Source: Macrostomum lignano (taxonomy: Eukaryota). From it: DNA of 64,000 bases. The stretch lies in contig NIVC01000684.1 of NCBI GenBank assembly GCA_002269645.1, forward strand, positions 1 to 64,000, given 5' to 3'. Below the pieces are notes generated by a model that was given only the letters and a program-made list of their open reading frames with translations, was not told the origin of the DNA and searched no databases. Both the position numbers and the translations under genes were made by a program. Of this stretch, positions 43,491-56,100 are shown piece after piece. How positions within the stretch are numbered: position 1 is the stretch's first letter; every line of letters starts with the position of its first letter.

Positions 43491-44599
43491 ATTGCGTTGC
43501 GACAGGGTGCCCGCAACCATTCTGCGAATAATATCATAATAAGCAGTTTTTACATCCATATGTGACTGATCCAAACTATTCTTGTTATGACTAAAGTCGA
43601 TCACTCGTAATAAATAAAAATATATGCAACCCAAATCTGCATCATCATATTACTGTTAAAGGATTATATACAAATATAAGTGCAAATCAACCGACGATAA
43701 TATTCTTGGCTTATCCAACATCTGCCTTTGGCGATTAAATATGTGGGTAGAAATTCAGCCAGTCAGTTGGGCCAGAAGGTTAAGCAATTACTTGGCCTCG
43801 AAAAAATGATTGATTGACTGGTGGACTCCATCCACTGAGCCACCAGAACGGCTGCAGTGTAGTCGCTTATAATTGTACAGTATTAATACTCTCACATGCA
43901 TATGGTTTATCGAATAGTTTTACAACTTCGCAGCCAACCTAGCGATTACTAAGTTATACTTTCTCTCTCTCCTCTACCCCTCTCCATTCCACAGTCTGGT
44001 CTCAGGGTCGAGCATAGCAACTATGCCAGCTAGCCATGTACGTAATACTGAAGCCTCTCGTAGCCATGTGATGGACAGGCGCTGACAGATAGGCGAGATT
44101 TCAATAACTTGATCGATGAATGCTTCAGCGTATATATGGATGCCAATTACGAGTTGGGTAGCCTGCGCAAAAAGTAGGGATTTTTTATCGATTGCAAGAC
44201 CGCAAAAAAGTTCAACGTCAACTTAAAAAACTTTTTTAATATACGAAATAGTAGCTTTTCGCAACCCATTTGGACTTACACGCGTTGAATTTAATCCAAG
44301 ATACGTTTGCCAACGTGGTGTAGCTTTTGTCTATGGTAGCAAGGTTGGCACGGCAGTATACAATTTGGTCCAACAAGCATCAATTTGCATCAAACTATTC
44401 AACCGCCTCTACCTAAGCATGTCAACGATCTTTACCTTGGTCGATATATTGTCTTCTGAGAAAGCACTTGAATTTCGAATAAGCTGGAAATCTTGGACAG
44501 TTAAAGTAAAAGGAAGTGCCAGATTCTTCAAATGGGTCATTTTTATTGATACAATCTCAAAACTTAACAACGTCATGAGACTAACTTTTTAAGTTTAGA

Positions 44600-44910
44600 G
44601 GGGCTCGCCCAGTGAGTGTTCCAGGACGCTCTGATGTGCCAGCGGCCCAGGCTCGATTCCATTTGCAGTCACATTAATTTCTGTGGATAAATTGGAAACT
44701 CGGCGTGGCTCTGCTCGCGCAACTAACGTCCTTGAGGGCCAACCACCTAAGGCACAGCCTGTGCGTATGACTGCGTACGTATCCGCGCGCTTGTGTGCCT
44801 GCTCAGGGGAGTCGGCGGAATGGGAAGTAATGCCTCTTGCCGGTTGTGTGACAATGCCTCTTAAAGTGCGTCAGGGTGCACACGGCCCCTGCCTCTACTA
44901 TGAATAAAAA
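44600..44910 (+). mobile_element. family 2 repeat
   Basis: Aligns by eye to 12490-12810; ends aataaaaaa. Confidence 0.7.
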
Positions 44911-45168
44911 AGCTCAAAACTTCACAAACTCGAAACTTCATATTGTCAAAAACTAGAACTGTTGGCCATTTTCATTTGCACGAAAGTTCACAATCTCCGG
45001 AAGAACTTTAGTATTTTGCTGCAAAGTATCTGTTTTGGCGGATGTTGATGAAAAATTACAACAAACTTCACATACGAGCATGCGCACTTTTATTCAGGCT
45101 TTTTGAGCAGCAGACAATATCAGCTCTGATGTACTATCGTTGACAGAGACAGCTTTGATGAGCAAATT

Positions 45169-45596
45169 CTATGCTGCACTTGCCAGAGAATGCCACGAGC
45201 TCTCCGTCTCTGTCTGTATCTCCACAAAAACGTGGTCATTGGTTGTCTCCACTTGCCGCTCTAAGCCTCTAGGATTAGCCAATGAAATTGCGGTCTCTTC
45301 TACCTCGAATGAAAACTGGTAAAAGACTTGAAAGTTAGGCTTCTAGCCAACTTTACGAAATAATATAAGTCAAATAGAGTCTTTGCAAAAGTCTGTAATG
45401 AAGCTGGGTATATTTTTCGGAAGTCTGGTAATATAGTTTCATTGGATTTGACTGCGGTGGGACCAGCAGGACCTGTTTCAGATCAGGAGATAGAATTCTG
45501 TAGCCTAGCATGTTAATTATTCTGTCAATATGCTAGCACACTGAGGCTTGCCTTCAGGGGTCAGAATATATGCGAGCTTTCTTCGGGATGGAAGTA
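45169..45596 (-). CDS. candidate 3' exons of the same unrecognised gene (45596-45552, 45451-45357, 45315-45169)
   Basis: Phase-compatible small exons ending in TAG, with AATAAA ~75 nt downstream. Needs one GC donor and a 41-nt intron. Confidence 0.4.
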
Positions 45597-46491
45597 CTGT
45601 ATGAATTTTTTAAGGAATTTTTCTTTACGAATTCTAGGAAATTCTGGTTTAACAGCGACTTATCACTCCAATTCAATGGTGACTTACTAGTCCAGTTCAA
45701 TGGTGACTTGTCACTCCCGTTCAACAGTGACTTATAACTCCAGTTCAATGGTGGCTTATCACATATTCAGCTCTTTCCATAGTAGGAAACCATAGAATGC
45801 ATTCTGAATGACACTTGTCAACAAAAAAGTTACATATACAGTGTATATACCACTCTTTCCACGTAAGATCCGAGTAGGCAAGCAGCGAATTTTAGTGCTA
45901 TAATATTATTTAAACTAAGGAAAACTTTCTTTTAATAAGAAGTAACTAAAAGCTAGAAATATTAGTGATATATTGCTATTTATTACACATGACAAACAAA
46001 AGCAAAGAATAGCTATAGATATAGCGATAGGTGCAGCAGAAGAGTTAAATTCCACTCACAGGCAGTAGCCAGGGCGAAATGCATGTTGATTTCATCTGGC
46101 GAGAAATCTATGACCTTCACGTCATGTTATAAACAATGGGCAAGAGTTTTCCGGTCCAGATGATAGCTAGAGAAGTCCATGCTGCATGCTGCAAGACCAC
46201 TTCCCTCTCACTCTTCTCACGGCAAAGCGGATGGATGGCCAACGTCTATGGCCAAAAGATTGCCTATACTCCAGCAACCTCTCAGTCTGCCGCATATAGA
46301 GCCACTTGACCAAAGAGCTGAGGCTAACTTGACCATAGACAATAGTGAGCCGTAGAAAATCGTCAGCAATTCGCTACTGCCAAGATGATTGAAATGAACA
46401 TCGTTTATAATTATATATAATAGATTGTATTGCTTTTGTACTTGTAGTTAGAGTTTATTGCTAGATCACAAACGCTTTTTTTACAAAAGAC

Positions 46492-49400
46492 ATGATCAAA
46501 CAAGCGCGATCCCTGGCTGACCTCACTGACACGGAGTTCAGCGGTAAAGTTGTCCTCATCACCGGAGCCAGCGGTGGCATCGGTGAGGCGGCCGCCCTCG
46601 AATTCGCCCGTCGTCAGGCCAAGGTGATCATGCTGGTCCGATCGCTGGAGCGCGGCAAGTTGGCCCGCGATCGAATCTGGGAGAAGCATCCGGCCGCCGA
46701 TTTGCACTTGGTGTGCGCTGACATATCGCTTGTGAGATCCGTTGCAGCCTTCTGTCGAGGCTTCTCCGAGCCCCACATCGACATCCTGGTGAACAATGCC
46801 GGCATATTCGGGGCCCCCTTTGAGCTGACGAAAGAGGGCGTGGAGTCCACGCTGGCTGTCAATCATTTGGGCCATTTTGTGCTCACCTGCATGCTTCTAT
46901 CCAAGGGTCAACTCAGCCAGGGTGCCAAGGTCATTCTGGTGACAGGTGAGTAACGGGGAGAACAAAACCGTTGAAAAGCCATTGCATTAAGTTTCATTGA
47001 ACCGTTTTACCGAAAACAATATTGCATTACATCTTAATTTATTTTACACTACTAATGATGTTATTTGACACTTGCGTGAGCAAACATTTGCCGGGGGTTT
47101 TCGTGCAACTCACACCCTCGAAGAGCCAATCCCAAAGGCACAGAGAATGTACAGTACATGCCTGAAGATTAGTAAGTCAGGGACGCTGCACACCCTGTGC
47201 GAGCGTGTGTATGAGTTGAGCTGGGGGGTTGTAGCCTAGTAGTTAAAGCTCGGACTCACTACTTGAAGGTCGGGGGTTCGATTCCCGATTCCACTGAAAC
47301 AATTTGTGTCCTTGAGCAAGACACTTAACTCTACATTGCTTCAATTCACCCAGCTGTAAAATGGGTGCCAGCATTAGCTGGGGTAATTGAGGCTGTGCGT
47401 GGCGACCCCCAGTCCTTGAACTGAACAGTCGTACGCAGCCTTCAGATGCGCCGCGCAAATAGCTGCGGCTGAGCTGTCGGTTGCACTTCTGCATGGCCCA
47501 ACTGGGGCAGGTGTAAGCAATTATTAAATTAAGATTATAATTATAAGTTGAGCGGAACAAGGTGTTGTCGCATCACGAGCTCTGATCCAGCGCTCTATTT
47601 GTTACAAGTTTGTCTTTTGTATTGCGTTATATTTACGCAAGTTGTGTGCCGTGCACTCTCGGCTCTTGCAGCCGTTGCTCTTTTCAGAGTCTTCTTGAAC
47701 ACTTATGTATTTCTATTTTTTTTGTCACAAAGGCTCTTTGACACTTGCGCCAACTAATCGCAGTACAGGCAAATAAACTTGTCTATGGCAATTACAAATT
47801 AAAGTTCAATCTGCTCGGGCAGAAGCCAGCCCGCAGCACTATTGAAGTTCTGTGACGCATTGTGCAAACCCAAATTCACCAAAGGCGCCGTCTACAAACG
47901 CGGCAACTTTGAAGTGTCCGAATGGAATAGCTGGACAGAGGAGTCGTACAAGAAGATGAAGGCCTACAGCAACAGCAAGCTGGCGGTCTGTCTGTTTGCC
48001 CTGTGGCTGCGCAGCGCACTGAGGCGGCTGTCTAGCGCCACGGCCATGGTGTACGCTGTGCACCCCGGTGTGGTTTGCACCGACATCGGCCGGCACGTTG
48101 TTCGAGGCTGCATTGCCCCGTGTCGGCCTTGTCTCAGGTGCTGCATGCGTTGCATGATGCTGTCGCCGCGACAAGGTAGATTGTGTCACAATAACTGCGT
48201 ACCTTGTGCTCGTCAACATAATTAGTTTTACTGTAGAATATGGTGAATTGAACAAATGTATGAACTTCAGAATGTAGATTTCGGATTAGGATGGAGAATC
48301 TGGTCCAGGATGGGAAATTATCTGGTTCAGGATGGGGAATCATCTGGTTCAGGATGGGGAATCATCTTGTTGAGGATGGGGAATCATTTGGTTCAGGATG
48401 GGGAATCACCTTGTTGAGGATGGGGAATCATCTTGTTCATGATGGGGAATCATCTAGTTTAGGATGGGGAATCATTTGGTTCAGGATGGGGAATCATCTT
48501 GTTCATGATGGGGAATCATCTAGTTTAGGATGGGGAATCATCTAGTTTAGGATGGGGAATCATCTAGATCAGGATGGGGAATCATCTAGTTTAGGATGGG
48601 GAATCATTTGGTTCATGATGGGGAATCACCGGACTTCTTCAAGTTTATGTTGATAAAATAGTTGCAATTTTGATAAGATCATAATTTTGTCTCTGTAAGG
48701 GTTTTTGATGGTGCTGATTTCAAATTTGAGCTCCATTTTTTGGTAGCTTTAACCCAATTATATGTAGCTTAAACCCAACCACCGGGGCATAGGGAATAGG
48801 GGGTTTTAGGGTGGGGAGATTCTTCATGGGGATTGATTTTATCAACATAAACTTGAATAGAGGCATGGAGACCTATTCAAGATTCTGTTAATAAATTCCA
48901 ATCCTAATAGGGGGGGGGGGTTGTCTGAATCAGACGACACAAGAAAAGAGTCAACATATTTCAGATTCAGAAGTTGGTTAAATTCTATAACTTTATCTAT
49001 ATGAATTTGCTTACCGAAATCAGGTGCTGTTATTGCCATAATACAATATAATTAGTAGTATAGCCTTGTACAGTAATTGGTTGAGAGGTGCGAAGTGCTT
49101 TGAAGTTGCAAACGTTGCTTTGGCTGGGTGCAGTGAAAGTGCAAGTGCACAGATCAAGCGGGTCGTGACATGGCAATTTAAAAAAAAGCAAACAGTGTCT
49201 ATGCATTATAACTGAATTGAAAAACTATTGTCATCGAACGTAAAAGACAATTGCATATTAATTTTTAGATATTAATATTTATCTTTAATTGGCCTAATGA
49301 AGTTCTAGCACATGTGCTATTATATTAAAAGTCTAGTGGATACACTTTCAAAAATGTATTCGGAGAAACTTTTGCTACCGAACCTCATTAAGAGAATAGG

Positions 49401-50000
49401 GAAACGAGTAAATCGTGATTGCATCAACCGTACAGGTAACTTTCTACAGTTTTTTTGCATTTTTGAAATTTTTGGTGCCCCATAAGTGTCCACTGCAAGT
49501 TTCAGAAAAATCGGAAAATCAGAAGTATTTTATCAACATAAACTTGAAGAAGTCCGAATCACCTTGTTAAGGATGGGGAATCATCTTGTTGAGGATGGGG
49601 AATCACCTTGTTGAGGATGGGGAATCATCTAGTTCAGGATGGGGAATATTCTGGTTCAGAATGGGAAATAATATGGTTCAGGATGGGGAATCATCTTGTT
49701 GAGGATGGGGAATTGTCTGTTCCCATTTCTTCAATTCACCCAGGCTGCAAAGGCATTTTGCTCCGGGCCGCAGACATGGAAACGGACAGCGGCAAGAGTG
49801 GAAGATATTTCAACAAATGCCGCAGCGAGCCCTGGCACAAACCCGTGCTGAACTCTGACCTGGTGACGCGCTGCTGGGATTTCTCCTTCGAACTGGTGAA
49901 GCAGGCGCTCGGTGACAGCGACGATGACGTGCTGAACAGACTGAAGAAGCTCCGCGAGCTGCCGCAGGACACGCTGGCTGACTTGGAAGAGCAGCATTGA
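46492..50000 (+). CDS. short-chain dehydrogenase/reductase, retinol dehydrogenase (RDH11-14)-like; exons 46492-46945, 47885-48175, 49744-50000
   Basis: TGASGGIG cofactor motif, NNAG, catalytic YSNSK, VHPGVVCT, LSPRQG; all junctions are phase 1 GT-AG. Confidence 0.92.
47222..47545 (+). mobile_element. full-length SINE family 1 copy with 8-bp TSD
   Basis: tRNA-like head, CORE-like gtgtccttgagcaagacacttaac, flanked by AGTTGAGC on both sides; lies in SDR intron 1. Confidence 0.87.
48288..49710. repeat. 22-bp minisatellite (aggatggggaatcatcttgttg) split by the 48631-49555 transposon
   Basis: Arrays at 48288-48630 and 49556-49710. Confidence 0.9.
48631..49555. mobile_element. non-autonomous DNA transposon, 30-bp perfect TIR, 8-bp TSD
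   Basis: GGACTTCTTCAAGTTTATGTTGATAAAATA at 48631 and its exact reverse complement ending at 49555; GAATCACC on both flanks. Confidence 0.88.
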
Positions 50001-50388
50001 GGAGCTTAAAGATTCGTCCTATTGATGCTAATTTATCATCAACATCCAACAGTGAACTTGGTTTGAAATTCTCATGGTTACATACTCCTAATGATCAACA
50101 AAGTTTTGGTAGCAATCGTATTGTTTTGATCGATTTGCGGGTTAAAAAAATATGAATATCAAAGTTGCAACCTCAAATATATTCGGCAAAAGTGAAAAGT
50201 TGTCACTCTATTATGCGCCAGTGAGCAATTTCTCTCGGACTATTCTGAAATAAAAGATACAAGAAAACTGATCGGGGTAGCTTTAATCCGTTCAACCCTC
50301 GCACACCCGCTCCCCCACTGCATTCCTCAACTCCAGTCAGCCGCGGCGTAGCTGAGTTGCGTCACTCGCAAAGATTGAGAGACTTTAC

Positions 50389-50667
50389 CTGCACTCTCAA
50401 AAGTGGAGACTACAGACGGAATCTTCTGTGATGCCGACTTTTCGATGTTGCTGAGTATATACAGTGCTAATTCCTGCGGTACCATACTATACTTTGACGC
50501 CCCAAATATGCTGGCCCAGCCAAGTCGCCAATCTAAAATAAACAATCCAAAAGCATAAGCCATGCAAGTAGGAAGTAGCTGAGTCCATGTTGAAAAAAGC
50601 CAGTCGAATCTCTTTATAAGGCCATACGAAATGTCTATGGTTAGTAGCAGAGGTGCAGTAGCACACA
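50389..50667 (-). CDS. candidate exon of an unrecognised - strand gene
   Basis: cattacag|93 open codons (..RFDWLFSTWTQLLPTCMAYAFGLFILDWRLGW..)|gtaaag, phase 1-1. Confidence 0.5.
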
Positions 50668-50829
50668 CTGTAATGCTAGAAATTCCTATTATATACTCAG
50701 CACAGTCAAAAGTGCCACCCTCAAAGCGAGATGAAAAATTTCTAACTTATTGCGACAACTTCTTACTCACAATTTAACCCTCAAGTTACACAACTAAGCA
50801 GCCGCGAGGAAGGGAAAGTTGATTGTGCT

Positions 50830-51120
50830 TAATAACGCGTGTGGGATCCCCTCGCACGACTCTGCGGGGCATCCCAAGGATGAGGCGGTGCAGAAAGTCC
50901 TGGGGAAGCCAAGCGTTTTCAATGGCATGACGGAGCTCCGCAACATTCCGGATTCTATTTTTGAATGCTGCGTGGGATGCTCGATGGGATTCATGTCTGG
51001 CCATCTGGGGACCGGGAAGGCCAGCGCAGAGTACGCAGCTGTAGCTGTTCTTTCGACTGACTGACAGCATCATCGGCTTAGTGTGGCGGCGCGTTGTCCT
51101 CCTGGATCATTAAGCAGACC
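50830..51120 (-). pseudogene. Tc1/mariner transposase relic
   Basis: MIQEDNAPPH*..LRWPSRSPD / MNPIEH / NVAELRHAIENAWLPQDFLHRLILGMPRR across shifted frames. Confidence 0.82.
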
Positions 51121-52419
51121 CAAGCCACCCCTTAAGAGGCAATAAGCTTTTCGCGTGCCGTAGGTTGCGTCACTCGCAATAAGTGAAAAAATCATCTCGC
51201 TTTTAGTGGGGTGGAACTTTGACTGTTGGTGAATATATAGTAGTAAGTTGTATTTTCCTCGCGAACTCTTTCTAGAACACTCTAGCTTAATTTTCCGTGG
51301 CAAAACTATAACAGTAAAGTACCCGTAATAAGACATCTCCGACCTATCGAACTCTATTCACCAGCTACGAGACTCGTTGAACTAAAACAAAAGATAAACT
51401 GAAAAAAATAGTTGTATATCTACGAGTATTCCAAATTTTATTCACTTTTGTACGAACTTCAATCGAAGAATTGATTTTAAGCGACAAAATAATATGTTTT
51501 TGTATGTATCCCGTACATCAATCTTTACATTTTAGATCCATCTGAATGCTCTTCATAGCTATACATGTACATAAAGTTTTCTTCTCGAGCTAGGGGTTTG
51601 TAATTAATCAGAGCCGGTACTTTCCTGCTTTTGCATGTATTGATGGGTTTCGACCTTCGGGCCCCTTGTTAGGGAAGCCTTCGGGCCTCAGGTCTCAGAA
51701 ATAAATCAATTAGAGTCCTGGCCCCCCACTCCTGTCAGATGGTCAGTCCCATGGTAGCTTGATCGTGTGGCGAGCAGTCTAGGTCCTATAGCTAAGAGAG
51801 GGACAGCGAGAGACAAGCAGGGAGAATTTTGAAGGTAGAAATTAGCTAATCCGCAGACTAAGCTAACTCGCTGCCACCAGCCCGTGCGTCCTGGCTCACC
51901 ACACCGGGACTCTCGAAATCGGGCTTCCGACTAGAAGGGGCTTTGCACTTACCTGCCAACTAGTGTCTTTTTGCTGTCAATCTCGAAGTCATAGCCGATG
52001 ATAAGGGACACTGCTGGGACTTGATCGCATTGGCCATGCAGGTACAGAGGGGACTTGTGCAGGGGGTTCTTGCAGTGGCGAGACTATGGGGTAGCTACAT
52101 GTACTATTACGACATTGCTAAATACGAGGAATTGTACTTTTGGCCTTCAACGCGCCAACTAGCCTCTCATAGCGCTGATGATAAACTAACTCGAACTTCA
52201 GAGACCTCGCATGATTAATTACCCGAGCCGCTTGGCTAACCTAGAGTGCACAAAGTACATCTCTGGCACCGATTCTGCACTTCTGGCAGTTTTACTCACT
52301 GATTTGATTGATAGATCGACTGAGAACCACCTTGCCATTGGTCCACTGTGACCGGCGCCTACTAGCTTAGCTACTCATCTGAGCCATCGGCGAACAAAGA
52401 AACAAAACCGATAAACATA

Positions 52420-53100
52420 ACTGTTAGATTTAACCTTCTCCTTAGATCACTTCACACTTCAGATTGAATTGGAGTTTCAGACTACTAGCAGTATTATTGA
52501 ATGACTTCTGCCTCAGCAACAGCACAACTGAACAAAATGAGCAAAAGTGTGCGCCTCAACACTGGAACAGGGGACAGATGGGGGATCACCCAATCAAGCA
52601 AGTCTAGGTAGCCTCTCACCCAACCAATCAGAAACTCAACAGCCGGAGACCAGGAAATCCACAGTGACCGAATCGGCTTGATGCTTCGCAGCTGTAGGCT
52701 CGGGATGATGCTGACACAGTCTTCGCTGATAGCTAGCAGGTGATGATCTTCGCTTGATGTTCGCTGCTGACGACCGGGGGATTCGTCCTTGATGATGATG
52801 GGGGGAAGTCGCAATCCGGGGATCAAGAAACGACGGTCGCGCTCCGGGAACCAGAAGTTGCGTGCTGGGCCCGAGCAAGTTCCACGCCAGTTACCGTCCG
52901 AGCGGGCCAAAAACTCCGGTTTAAATAGCCGCCAACTGGACCGCAGTTTGTTATAATGGAACACATCGATTCTGATTGGCTGAGCCGTTTTGTTAAAATT
53001 AGCGCCGAATTTTCTGATTGGCTAAGCTTGTTGCTACCCAGAATCACGTGACCAAGAGATCCGATCAGTTCCCACAGGGTCGTAAAAAGATGACAGGTGC
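52420..53100 (-). mobile_element. LTR-like promoter cassette (unconfirmed)
   Basis: Two CCAATCAG boxes, CACGTG, CTATTTAAA, then a GC-rich leader; no partner LTR or TSD found. Confidence 0.3.
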
Positions 53101-56100
53101 GGCCATAAATCACTCAAAATCGCAACAAAATGATTTATGACTTTTCGCGTAGGATTGACAGAAATAATGAAAAAATATACATTAGAAAGCTCTTATTAAA
53201 TAGAAAGTGAAGATAATGAAGAGAAATCGCTAATCGCTAATCCCAAGGTACTTTTAGGGGTAAAATGCATAGCTGTCAAAGCTGTCACACGCTTGAGTGA
53301 ACCGAACAATAGGCTCTGACCTCATAAATCTTGATGGCCTGTCAAAATGATGAGAAAAAAGCTATCGCCCGCATCCTCTCAGACCATTTGGCACCCGCCT
53401 CAACACTGAGTGAGGCGCAGGTGGCTGTCAGACCAGCTTCGAAAGCGATGATTTATGACCCAAAAAGCAATGCCTATGTTATTATGACTACTAGTATGGC
53501 CAGACACTATATCTAGTATAGATTCTATGACATTTGCAGAAAAAGAATAAAAATGCCCATTGCCCACTGTTACGAGGTAGTAGGCAAGTAAGTTTAGAGC
53601 CCATGTGCTAGCGCGGGATTTGGGAAAAAGTGCGTCCTCATCAGTATCTGGATAGTTATTAAATATATTTGTCCTCAATATTTGTGCTAGTGAGCTGATA
53701 TATCTGATGTAACCACGCTCTGGTCGCGGGATAAGGCATGGGAACTTTTTCGAAAGTGCCTCCTATCCCGTGCACCTCCTGCACAGAGCTGTCGAGACTC
53801 GGCCAGGTCTCCGACCAGGCCTGGAGACTCCCGCTCTGCTGTACCCCCCCCTGCTGCCTTGGTTCCGTTTCCCCTGCCGCCACACCTGCCTTTCCGGAGC
53901 CCCCTATCCCTCTCTGTACCTCCCCCTCTACCCTATCTCTTCTGTTTTCCGCCCTACTCTCCTTGTACTTTCCCTATTCCCCCCTTTTTGTCTCTCTCTG
54001 CACTCTTTTCTTGCGCTGTCCCCTCTTTCTCTGTGTCTACTTACAGTATGTTGTGTGCTCACCGTCTCCCCATCCCCTCTCAAACTCCCAAACGGTGACG
54101 CAAGTCGTGTGACCCCTTCTTCCCCTCGGTGACTCATCGATGACTCATCCCCCTCTCTTGCGCAATCTTTTCTCACGCCATTGTTCTCCTTCCCAAATTT
54201 CTCATGCGACACCCACCCCACCTCCGCTTCTATTGTTCTCGTTTTTGATTCTTTTGTTCTCTTTACCCCCACCAATTATCGCATTTTCTCCGATTTTCTC
54301 TTTCTATTGTTCTCGTTTTCGCACCTAATTATCACCTTTTCTCCAATGTTTATTTTTCTTTTGTTCTCAATTCTCCCCAATTATCCCCGTTTTCCAATTC
54401 CTTTGTTCTCGACCCCAGCCCCATTGTTCTCAATGTTTGCTTGCGCAACACTTTCGCGACCACCCGCTGCGCCAATTATCCCCCACCCCACCTCCGGATT
54501 GCGCAATTTTCCTATTTCTCATGTTGCTATGCCGCTCTCATGCTTCTCATCATGACTCATTCTGACGTCATTCTGCCGGCAGCCAATCAGAGAGAGGAAG
54601 TCATGGAAAAGACCTTGGAGCGGCGGCTGGGAAGGCAATATAAGGAACCGGTTTTCGGCATGAGAATCCTCAAACTTCGGGCTCCTCGTCTTTCTTTAGA
54701 CGTGCTGTCAGACGTGGCGCTGAACCATTCGTCTATAGGACGAACCTCTGCCGGTCCGCGGTCTGTTACCGCCAAGCATCTTCAGCATCGCCTGATCTAC
54801 ATCAGCGCCTCGTCGCTTCGGCGCATCGCCGCTTCACTGCCTGCCCGACTGCAGCCAACAGCCGCCCACGGTTACTCCGTCGCTCTCTCTCTCTCTCTGT
54901 GCAGCTGCCGATGAGTTCCCATTACTAATTTGTGCTCTGATTGCCTTGCTTATCCGGGGTTTGCCTATTTTCCATTGCTTGATTAGAGAGCTGAGCCAAT
55001 TGTGATACCGTATCTTTTGCTGTATTTTACTCAATAGTGAAGCTGCCTAAATTGCCTGATTATTTCGCCCAAGGGCCTAATTATTAACCTTTACTAACAC
55101 CCTCATTATTCATTCTTTCACCATCATTTCACTCATGGTTTTCTAAGCCTTTCTCCCTGGGTGGCAAAGCATAAGGAAGTTTGGGTAAGCTAATGGCCTC
55201 TCCCAGTGCAAAGCCCGCCTGTGTGCGCGTGCTGCGGGTCCGAGTGTGCGTGCAGTAGAGGGATTAGCGAGTCTTGGCACAGAATGGCAGTAGGAAGGTT
55301 GCAACCCCATGCTGACGCGTCCCTTCGCCCAGAGCAATCTAAACTATAGACAGTACATGTTCGCCTCACACTACTCTTAGTAATTAAAGCCGCAAGTCAG
55401 CCTCGCTCACAGCCACAAAGGATCCCCTGCTGAGAAATCCTCCAGATTGAGCCCAGAGTTCCCGATCATGCCCCAAGCAGAGTCCCTGTACTCGGCTGCA
55501 TGTGTCTCCCCTGTTAGCCTAAATCCTCTGGTAACCAATCCAGGCGGGGCTCTAGCCTCGAGAGGTCTGGTAGTAAGATCCAGGTGCGCCAGGTCACATA
55601 GAGTGGTGGCAGCCACTCGGTCATGCTGTGACCGAGTGACCATTTATTGCACCTTGGCTACAGGTGGGGTCCATGTGGGTCCTTGGCCCTATGGTCACGA
55701 GAGCGCTACCAAAGCTATCAATCATGTGGACGGGACAGTCTGGTGCTGGAGGTCCGTCAGGTCATTGTCTAGTCATAGGCAGCCTATGGTCATTGCCCCC
55801 TTCTCGTCATGCGTTCGTCTCTCAACGGAGCGGACGGGCGACAAGGGCGGTTACATCACTTGTCCGAAGACTGCTAGGGTTGGTCAGGCTGACCCTCATC
55901 AAGGCTGGAGTCGACCGCATGTGCATCGGTCTCTGTGGCCTCGGTGAACCGCGAATGAATCTGAACCATTTTGTTCGAGGGTGTCATGTAAGATCAGTAA
56001 TTGAGCACTGTAGGCTGGCACCTGAATTGATGCTGCAGTAGCAGGTGGGGATATGTCTGATCGCAGACCACATTCGTGTTGAGCTCCTGAGCACAGGCAT

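Noticed and set aside
46411-49997. Antisense ORFs over the SDR and Cav3 exons
   Set aside because: They are shadow frames of GC-rich coding exons with no motifs of their own.
51630-51690. Second hammerhead on the - strand (cctaacaagggg...gtcgaaaccc)
   Set aside because: The CUGANGA box is doubly mutated and stems I and III are not evident.
51601-52221. Inverted TAATTAATCA/TGATTAATTA as TIRs
   Set aside because: Only ~10 bp, AT-rich, and no TSD.
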